From an uncultured Candidatus Saccharibacteria bacterium (GTDB lineage: Bacteria > Patescibacteriota > UBA1384 > JAMDBS01 > CAZXAY01), in assembly GCA_964638435.1 (NCBI GenBank), contig CAZXAY010000010.1, positions 1-30,573 on the forward strand: a stretch of 30,573 bases of DNA. Direction: 5' to 3'. The translations under genes and the position numbers were made by a program. A model generated the notes under the pieces. That model was not told the origin of the DNA. It worked only from the letters and a program-made list of their open reading frames with translations, and made no database searches. Shown here one piece after another: positions 24,692 through 30,573 of this stretch; position 1 is the first letter of the stretch; each line of letters starts with the position of its first letter.

Positions 24692-24724
24692 GACCTGCCC
24701 GACATGCCAGTCATGGCAGGCGGG
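24692..24724 (+). repeat. REP-like nested-hairpin element (part of a ~80-bp repeated block at 24653-24733)
   Basis: GACCTGCCCGACATGCCAGTCATGGCAGGCGGG. Outer stem CCTGCC/GGCAGG and inner stem TGCCA-GTCA-TGGCA. The block is repeated at 30501-30573, with an inverted copy at 10931-10964. Confidence 0.8.
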
Positions 24725-24882
24725 TTAAAAATTTATAATTTCAAATTTGAATTTTATTCATTTGTTGAATTACTTTTCCAAGCATATCATATTTGTCAAG
24801 ATTATGCAAGTAGAGCAATACCCTTGCCAAAAGATAAAAAAATGTTATAGTAAAAACAAGTAAAATAAATATTTATTAATCA

Positions 24883-24910
24883 GCGAGATCCGTTCGAAAC
24901 GCGAGATCCG
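24883..24910 (+). promoter_or_regulatory. direct repeat GCGAGATCCG x2 separated by TTCGAAAC, just upstream of the bactofilin RBS
   Basis: GCGAGATCCG at 24883-24892 and 24901-24910. The spacer contains the palindrome TTCGAA. GC-rich in an AT-rich leader. Confidence 0.35.
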
Positions 24911-24929
24911 CAGGTGAGAAAGGAGTAAT

Positions 24930-25382
24930 ATGTTTGATAAAAGTCAAGAAGCTACAAGTGGTCCGGGAACAATTGTAGGAGCAAATGTAAAATTAACAGG
25001 TATCTTAAAAGATGCTAACGATATTACCATCTTTGGTCACGTTGAGGGAGAGGTGATCTCAGATAAAAATGTAATGCTTGAAGAAAATGCATCAATCAAA
25101 GGGCCAATTACTGCTCAAGTTATTACAGTTTCCGGTAGTGTTAATGGTTCCATTAATGCTGAAACTAAACTTGAAATTACCCCAACAGGTAAAGTTACAG
25201 GTAGTATTACTACTCGAGATTTAATAATTAAATCTGGTGCTCAATTTGATGGCAAAAGTGCAATGATTAAATCTAAATCAGATGGTAGCAAAACAAAGGT
25301 TGTTGAAGAAGTAGAAGATGACTTAAAAGGTGATGAAGCTCAAAAAGATAAAAAAGAAGAACCAAAATACGAAGTGGAGTAA
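24930..25382 (+). CDS. bactofilin (polymer-forming cytoskeletal protein)
   Basis: Beta-helical repeat pattern typical of DUF583 / bactofilin: ILKDANDITIFGHVEGEVISDKNVMLEENASIKGPITAQVITVSGSVNGSI...IKSGAQFDGK. Charged C-terminal tail. AAAGGAG RBS. Confidence 0.7.
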   Translation: MFDKSQEATSGPGTIVGANVKLTGILKDANDITIFGHVEGEVISDKNVMLEENASIKGPITAQVITVSGSVNGSINAETKLEITPTGKVTGSITTRDLIIKSGAQFDGKSAMIKSKSDGSKTKVVEEVEDDLKGDEAQKDKKEEPKYEVE

Positions 25383-25397
25383 TCAGTAGGTAATTAT

Positions 25398-25478
25398 CGC
25401 CACTAATTTTAATACACTAATTTCACTAATAATTCGTGATATTTGTGAAAATATATTAGTGGAGATTAATACAATAAA
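25398..25478 (+). promoter_or_regulatory. repeated 5' leader element, copy A (CACTAAT repeats ... ATTAGTGGAGATTAATACAATA)
   Basis: About 80% identical over about 75 nt to 26813-26894. Three CACTAAT direct repeats and a distal inverted ATTAGTG, which can form a long-range stem. Confidence 0.5.
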
Positions 25479-25482
25479 TATC

Positions 25483-26280
25483 ATGTATTATTACATTTTT
25501 GAACAACCCAAAGGATTATCTGAAAAAAATCTTCAGAAAAAAATAAAAGATTCACTAGGGTTATTAGGTTTAGCTGGCGAGACCGCAAATGTCTCTCCAG
25601 CCCGGACCACTGAGGAGCTAGTCGACATTGCATTAGCTAAAGAGTATAACACTATTGTTGCCGTAGGATCTGATCAGTTAATTAACAAAGTCGCATCTTT
25701 GATAATTGGTAAAGATGTTGTTTTGGGTATTATCCCAATCAAAACTAGTGATATTATTAATAAAATTATTGGATTAGATAATATAGAAGATGCTTATAGG
25801 GCGCTAAAAAAAAGATTTCTAAAAATTGTAGATTTAGCATATTTGTATCCAGGAAGTTATTTTATCACTAAAGCCGGAATAAAATCAGAAAAACCTGTAG
25901 AATTAGAACTAGAAATTGATCAATTCAAGTCAACAGTTATGGTAACAGATCTATCGGTTATTAGCCCGGCGATTAATACTGTTAAATCAAATCATAGCGA
26001 ACTTGAGCAATCAGATAATCGTTTAAATATTTATCTAACAAATAAGAATAAACAACCATATGATATTGTTAAATTTTTTAATAAAGCCATTGGTAAAGAT
26101 GTAATAGATAAAGTTAGTAGCGTTTTTAGAGCCAGAAAATTTATAATTAACTCGACCTCGCCTATACCCATTGTTATTGATGGGAAAATTGTTGACAAAA
26201 CACCTGTAATTTTTACAACAAAACCTAAGGTCTTGAAAATAATTACAAATCGTGCTAAAATAGAAGTTAAGAAAAATTAA
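25483..26280 (+). CDS. DAGK_cat-family lipid kinase-like protein (degenerate GGDG motif)
   Basis: IVAVGSDQLINKV aligns with the GGDGT nucleotide-binding motif of the YegS/BmrU/DgkA-like kinases. The start is uncertain (ATG 25483 versus GTG 25459), and neither has a good SD. Confidence 0.45.
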   Translation: MYYYIFEQPKGLSEKNLQKKIKDSLGLLGLAGETANVSPARTTEELVDIALAKEYNTIVAVGSDQLINKVASLIIGKDVVLGIIPIKTSDIINKIIGLDNIEDAYRALKKRFLKIVDLAYLYPGSYFITKAGIKSEKPVELELEIDQFKSTVMVTDLSVISPAINTVKSNHSELEQSDNRLNIYLTNKNKQPYDIVKFFNKAIGKDVIDKVSSVFRARKFIINSTSPIPIVIDGKIVDKTPVIFTTKPKVLKIITNRAKIEVKKN

Positions 26281-26310
26281 ATTATTATTAATAGTAGCTG
26301 GAGGTATCAA

Positions 26311-26811
26311 ATAACATTACGTCAAAGACTAAATAATCAAATTACCGCACCAGAAGTTTTTTTGATAAGTGAAGATGGTAGGGCATATGGTAAAGTTAGT
26401 TTGGATCAAGCTTTATTTTTGGCTTATGATAGAGGTATAGATTTGCTTGAGATAAATCCAAGTATCCAGCCACCTGTATGTAAATTACAGGATTATGGTA
26501 AGTTTTTATACGAAAGATCAAAACAAGTTCAAAAACAAAGAGCAAAACAAAAAAATTCCGAACTTAAAGAAATTAAATTAAGTATTAATATTGGAGATCA
26601 TGATTTAAAAGTTAAAGAAAAAAGAGCCTTAGAATTTATTAGTTCTGGTGATAAAGTCAAGATATTCATGGTTCTAAGAGGTCGCGAGATGATGTTTAAA
26701 GATAAAGTAAAAGATGTAATGAACAGGTTTAAAGATGACATTGGTTTAGACTTTGCTGAACCAGTTAATCATCAAGGTAATCGCTTCTCGGTTATGTTAA
26801 AGAAGAAATAA
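26311..26811 (+). CDS. infC: translation initiation factor IF-3, non-AUG (ATA) start
   Basis: GGAGG at 26300-26304, then ATA at 26311. The frame is open from 26281. N-terminal NNQITAPEVFLISEDGRAYGKVSLDQALFLA matches the IF3 N-domain consensus (INEEIRA.EVRLID.DG...). The ORF-track TTG at 26362 would remove the conserved N-terminal block. Confidence 0.7.
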   Translation: MTLRQRLNNQITAPEVFLISEDGRAYGKVSLDQALFLAYDRGIDLLEINPSIQPPVCKLQDYGKFLYERSKQVQKQRAKQKNSELKEIKLSINIGDHDLKVKEKRALEFISSGDKVKIFMVLRGREMMFKDKVKDVMNRFKDDIGLDFAEPVNHQGNRFSVMLKKK

Positions 26812-26812
26812 T

Positions 26813-26894
26813 ACCACTAATACACAGATTTCACTAATATCACTAATCATCCGTGTAATTCGTGTAATAGAATTAGTGGAGATTAATACAATAT
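26813..26894 (+). promoter_or_regulatory. repeated 5' leader element, copy B, between infC and rpmI
   Basis: CCACTAAT...TTCACTAATATCACTAAT...CGTG..CGTG...ATTAGTGGAGATTAATACAATA. Followed by AGGAA RBS and the rpmI ATG. Confidence 0.5.
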
Positions 26895-26903
26895 AGGAAT
26901 CAT

Positions 26904-27101
26904 ATGAAATTAAAAACAAGCAAGTCAGCAATTAAAAGAATAAAAAATATCACTCCACGTGGTAAAGTTATGGTTAGCAATATGTCGGCACAACATAGAA
27001 CAACTGGTAAGTCACCACGGACTTTGCGTAATTCAGCACATAGTTATGTTGTTTCAAGCGCAAATATGAAGACAATGAAAAAATTAATCCCAGGATTATA
27101 A
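26904..27101 (+). CDS. rpmI: 50S ribosomal protein L35
   Basis: MKLKTSKSAIKRIKNITPRGKVM is the L35 family N-terminus. 65 aa. Confidence 0.85.
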   Translation: MKLKTSKSAIKRIKNITPRGKVMVSNMSAQHRTTGKSPRTLRNSAHSYVVSSANMKTMKKLIPGL

Positions 27102-27187
27102 CAAGTCTACACCTTCGCCTCTACCTAACGGGAAAAGGCAAAACTTATTAGGATTAAATCTTGATAAGAGTAAAAGAAAGGAAATCT

Positions 27188-27532
27188 ATGAGAGTAAAAC
27201 GCGGCGTAATGGTAAAAAAACGCCATAAGAACATTCTAAAACTTACTAAAGGGTTTAAACACGGTCGTAAAAAATTAATAAAGCACGCCAAAGTAGCCCT
27301 ACTTAAAGCCGGAACATTTGCTTATCGCGATCGTCGTAATAAAAAACGAGATTTCCGCAGATTATGGATCGTTAGAATTAATGCAGCTGTGCGCGAATAT
27401 GGTTTAACTTACTCTAAATTTATTAAACTATTATCGAACAAAAAAATCGAGCTTGATCGTAAGATTCTAGCAGATCTAGCAATGAATAATCCAGAAGAAT
27501 TTAAAAAAATTGTGGAAAAAGTCCAAGTTTAA
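27188..27532 (+). CDS. rplT: 50S ribosomal protein L20
   Basis: [23 protein letters not shown]...[23 protein letters not shown] matches L20. AAGGAA RBS 5 nt before the ATG at 27188. The ORF-track TTG at 27161 is an upstream extension. Confidence 0.85.
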   Translation: MRVKRGVMVKKRHKNILKLTKGFKHGRKKLIKHAKVALLKAGTFAYRDRRNKKRDFRRLWIVRINAAVREYGLTYSKFIKLLSNKKIELDRKILADLAMNNPEEFKKIVEKVQV

Positions 27533-27535
27533 CTA

Positions 27536-27560
27536 TTAGACTTATTACGTAACAAGTCTA
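27536..27560 (+). repeat. palindromic motif TTAGACTTATTACGTAACAAGTCTA (intact copy)
   Basis: Arms AGACTT/AAGTCT and core TTACGTAA. Partial copies at 939-952 (left half), 1081-1100 (right half), 27096-27109 and 28394-28407 (minus strand). Confidence 0.7.
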
Positions 27561-27568
27561 TTCTAATC

Positions 27569-27605
27569 AAAAAATCACTTCTCAATAAGTTCGAAGTGAT
27601 TTTTT
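27569..27605. terminator. bidirectional rho-independent terminator between rplT (+) and lspA (-)
   Basis: Perfect 13-bp inverted repeat AAAAAATCACTTC (27569-27581) / GAAGTGATTTTTT (27593-27605) with an 11-nt loop. A/T runs on both sides. Confidence 0.8.
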
Positions 27606-27642
27606 GATCCCTAAATTGCTAAATTTATTGTGAGCTATTCAA

Positions 27643-28044
27643 TCACTTTTTTCTAAAACTCGTCCATAAATATAAAACTATTCCTACAAACAGATATAAA
27701 TCAGCCAAGTTAAAATGATTTAAGTTAAAAAAACTAAAAAAATCAATAACAAATCCATGCCAAACCCTATCGATGATATTAGATATGGCCCCTGCGATAA
27801 TTAGCATAATTGACCAACGATATATAGGTTTTTTAAGATCAGAATTAAAAACTATCCAGATCATAGAAATTATTCCAATAACCAATAACCAATAACCAAT
27901 AACTTGATTATTTACCCAACCAAATATTGTGCCTTTATTACTTGTAATATATGTAGAAAACCTATTAAACATTAACCATTTTAAAAATTGATCCATCAGG
28001 ACCAAAACTATTGTAAATATAAATAACTGATGTTTATTAATCAT
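27643..28044 (-). CDS. lspA: lipoprotein signal peptidase (signal peptidase II)
   Basis: 133 aa, 4 TM. Motifs NKGTIFGW, IIDRVWHGFVIDF, FNLAD are characteristic of LspA. Confidence 0.8.
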   Translation of the reverse strand: MINKHQLFIFTIVLVLMDQFLKWLMFNRFSTYITSNKGTIFGWVNNQVIGYWLLVIGIISMIWIVFNSDLKKPIYRWSIMLIIAGAISNIIDRVWHGFVIDFFSFFNLNHFNLADLYLFVGIVLYLWTSFRKK

Positions 28045-28385
28045 TTTTTTTGTTTTTTACTACAAACAACACAAGTTAAGGCTGCAGGGAAAACCTCAAG
28101 ACGATTTGCTTCTATCTGATTATCGCAAATATTACATAACCCATACTTGTTATTATCAATATTATCTAATGCTGTGGTGATATCTTTTAACAATGTTTTT
28201 ACACTTAATTCCAAACCTTTATAACCTTCAAAACGTTCAACCTCTTGAGCGTTAGCTTCTTCAGTATCGCCATATTGTGGGAATTTATTTATAGCTTTTA
28301 ACTCTTCTTCAACACGAGCTTTCTCGGCAAGTAGAATGCTTTTTTGTTTAGCAATATAAGCCTGATACTCAATTTTCTTAATCAT
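28041..28385 (-). CDS. DksA/TraR-family C4 zinc-finger protein
   Basis: C-terminal CNICDNQIEANRLEVFPAALTCVVC (CxxC-x17-CxxC) plus an upstream coiled-coil. The ATG at 28385 with AAGGT upstream is preferred over the ORF-track start, which would overlap lgt. Confidence 0.65.
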   Translation of the reverse strand: MIKKIEYQAYIAKQKSILLAEKARVEEELKAINKFPQYGDTEEANAQEVERFEGYKGLELSVKTLLKDITTALDNIDNNKYGLCNICDNQIEANRLEVFPAALTCVVCSKKQKK

Positions 28386-28422
28386 AAATACCTTATTAGA
28401 CTTGTTATATAATAATTTTCGA

Positions 28423-29190
28423 TTATTTGTGTAATTTGTGTGATTTGCTTGCCACAAACTTTGTCGAGAGGTGTATTTGTAGTCTATGTCTATCATATAA
28501 AATCATACTACAAATTGCAAGTATACTAATAATCATTATAACTAATCCTGTAAATTGTCCACTTGTAATTTTACCAACCATCGAATCAACTCGCCAATGA
28601 TCAACTATTAATCGTACCAGACCGTAATAAGTAAGTGTAAATAAAAATATCATTGAGGCGATTAGTTTTATTCTTGAATATATTTGATAAAACAATACAA
28701 ATCCAAATAAACAAATTATGCCTTCTAATAAAGGGACGGGTACTTGACCATTAATTGCTAGCCAACTACTTGTAACAACCGACGGGTGATCTCCAGTTAA
28801 GGTGCAGCCAATTCGCCAAAAAAAGTCAGATAGTAAAAAAGCTAAAGCCAGAATATCCAAATTGTGCGCTAGATTTTTGCGAAATAATAAGAAATAGGTA
28901 ATTAGTCCACCAATTAGCCCGCCAAAGGAGACTAATCCTCCTTGCCAAATATAAAAAATCTGCCACCAATTATCAAATTGATTATAATATATTACAAAAA
29001 ATGTGATTCGCGAAACAACTATTCCAGTAATAAAAACTAGTAATACTTTATCTATTAATTTATCAGTGGAAACGCCTTCTCTTTTGTTAATCAAATGTAT
29101 AATAATATATCCCGCAATAAATGCTAAGGATGCAAAAAATCCATAAGAATAAAAATTGATTTTACCAATGCTAAATAAAATTGGATGCAT
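28423..29190 (-). CDS. lgt: prolipoprotein diacylglyceryl transferase
   Basis: N-terminus MHPILFSIGKINFYSYGFFASLAFIAGY and FFWRIGCTLTGDH are Lgt-family features. Polytopic membrane protein, 255 aa. Confidence 0.75.
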   Translation of the reverse strand: MHPILFSIGKINFYSYGFFASLAFIAGYIIIHLINKREGVSTDKLIDKVLLVFITGIVVSRITFFVIYYNQFDNWWQIFYIWQGGLVSFGGLIGGLITYFLLFRKNLAHNLDILALAFLLSDFFWRIGCTLTGDHPSVVTSSWLAINGQVPVPLLEGIICLFGFVLFYQIYSRIKLIASMIFLFTLTYYGLVRLIVDHWRVDSMVGKITSGQFTGLVIMIISILAICSMILYDRHRLQIHLSTKFVASKSHKLHK

Positions 29191-29297
29191 AATTTACTTA
29201 TAACATATAACTTGATACTTATAACTCATTATCATTATACTTTTAATTGTAAATTTTATCAATATATGATATAGTCCTAAGAGGAGCAAAAGAACAA

Positions 29298-29846
29298 ATG
29301 CGTGTCATAATTGAAACAATTTATGAACTATTTAAAACCATAATTTTTGTACTAATTATGGCGTTTTTATTAAGGTTCTTTATTTTTCAACCTTTTATGG
29401 TTCAGGGGATCTCGATGGAACCAAATTTTCACGATAGTCAATATCTGATTGTTGACCGCTTGTCGTATCGCATAAAAGAGCCAGTTCGTGGTGATGTGGT
29501 TGTCTTTGTTGCACCTGATCATCAAAATACTGATTATATAAAGAGAATTATTGGTTTACCCGGTGAAAAAGTTGAGATTACTGATAACAAAATATTAATA
29601 AATGATAGCCCAATTAATGAAAAATATCTTCCTAGTGACTATAAAACATTAATTAATGACAGTAACGAAGCTGATTTAATAAAAAATCTTAGTCAAGAAG
29701 AATATTTTGTGATGGGGGATAATCGCCAACATTCATTAGATTCTCGAATATTTGGTCAAATAAAAAAATCAGCCATTATAGGCCGAGCTTGGGCAGTGCT
29801 TTATCCACTAGAATATTTTGGACGAGTAGTTAAACAAAGTTATTAA
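29298..29846 (+). CDS. lepB: signal peptidase I (S26 family)
   Basis: Catalytic Ser box GISMEPNF. Lys-box region RIIGLPGE. GDNRQHSLDSR box. N-terminal TM anchor. Confidence 0.85.
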   Translation: MRVIIETIYELFKTIIFVLIMAFLLRFFIFQPFMVQGISMEPNFHDSQYLIVDRLSYRIKEPVRGDVVVFVAPDHQNTDYIKRIIGLPGEKVEITDNKILINDSPINEKYLPSDYKTLINDSNEADLIKNLSQEEYFVMGDNRQHSLDSRIFGQIKKSAIIGRAWAVLYPLEYFGRVVKQSY

Positions 29847-30450
29847 CTTGTTTATCTTCTACCTGATCAAACTGTTCATAAAATTGTCCTACTGCAAAAA
29901 ATTCGGCAGGTGTTTCTAAACAAATTAGGTCGTCGACCTTATTTTTTAATAGTTCTAATAATTCAGTAGGTGCAACGGGAATAGCAATAATAATTGTTTT
30001 GGGATTTTGAGATTTAACAAATTCAACAGCCGCAAGAATAGTATGGCCAGTTGCAACGCCATCATCAACAATTATTACATTTTTATTTTTAATAACTAGT
30101 GGTTTTTTGCCTCGTCGATATAACTCAAGTTTTTGTTTAATTTCATCGCGCAATTTTATAATTGCGTTATCCAAGTAATCTGGAGTAATACCCATAGTGC
30201 CGATAACTTCATCATTTAATACGGGTTCGCCAGATGATGTTACTCCACCAATAGCATATTCAGGATTATTAGGGGCACTGATTTTTTTAGCTATTACAAT
30301 GTCTAGTGGTAAATTTAATTTATTGGCTACAACTTTAGCACAAACTATACCGCCACGAGGCATACCTAAAACCAGGGTATCAGGTTGATTTTGATACTTT
30401 ACTAGGTTTTTAGCAAGTTTTTCGCCGGCATCGGCTCTATCGTAGAACAT
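29830..30450 (-). CDS. phosphoribosyltransferase-family protein (type I PRTase fold, function unknown)
   Basis: PRPP-binding motif VIIVDDGVATGHT. N-terminus MFYDRADAGEKLA is typical of the ~210-aa putative-PRTase family. GAGGAG lies before the ATG at 30450. The ORF-track TTG at 30471 overlaps the RBS. Confidence 0.65.
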   Translation of the reverse strand: MFYDRADAGEKLAKNLVKYQNQPDTLVLGMPRGGIVCAKVVANKLNLPLDIVIAKKISAPNNPEYAIGGVTSSGEPVLNDEVIGTMGITPDYLDNAIIKLRDEIKQKLELYRRGKKPLVIKNKNVIIVDDGVATGHTILAAVEFVKSQNPKTIIIAIPVAPTELLELLKNKVDDLICLETPAEFFAVGQFYEQFDQVEDKQVNNFV

Positions 30451-30532
30451 AATCTCCTCATAAAAATTCAAAATTCAAATTTGTAACCAAATTCAAAATT
30501 CAAATGTTTTAAAAATTGGAATTTAATTAATT

Positions 30533-30565
30533 GACCTGCCCGACATGCCAGTCATGGCAGGCGGG
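30533..30565 (+). repeat. REP-like nested-hairpin element, third copy (block 30501-30573)
   Basis: Identical to 24692-24724. The flanking AT-rich block CAAATGTTTTAAAA.TTGGAATTTAATTAATT is shared with 24653-24691. Confidence 0.8.
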
Positions 30566-30573
30566 TTAAAAAT

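Overview
This window is AT-rich (about 30% GC by eye) with small, tightly packed genes. It looks like a reduced, Patescibacteria/CPR-like bacterial genome.

Core content, in order:
- a dTMP-biosynthesis gene string: tmk, a P-loop nucleotide kinase, dCMP deaminase, dut, an HD hydrolase and a tandem-domain thyX
- thrS
- a miaB-like radical-SAM methylthiotransferase
- rplY (L25)
- tRNA-Gln (minus strand), then RNase P RNA (rnpB) with a textbook sigma70 promoter
- a large Ig-like (Big_2-type) surface protein and a small lipoprotein
- a short uvrA that lacks the UvrB-binding domain
- a bactofilin
- infC (non-AUG start)-rpmI-rplT
- the lipoprotein/secretion maturation genes lgt, a dksA/traR-like gene, lspA and lepB
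- a PRTase, smpB, a GIY-YIG protein and a SAM methyltransferase

The most striking finding is a 721-aa homolog of the eukaryotic major vault protein. It sits on a markedly GC-richer (about 47% by eye) island at 11614-13779, which points to horizontal acquisition. It has its own leader uORF and a clean terminator.

Mobile DNA:
- an IS4/IS1634-family insertion sequence (20423-22025) inserted into the 3' end of uvrA, with a remarkable 171-bp target duplication that keeps uvrA intact
- a REP-associated tyrosine transposase (RAYT, IS200-like) flanked by inverted palindromes, inserted inside the dTMP operon
- a MITE-like element next to the IS
- several families of short repeated palindromic intergenic elements

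Several GC-rich structured segments (2603-2723, 8436-8560, 16420-16530) look like unannotated structured RNAs or leaders.
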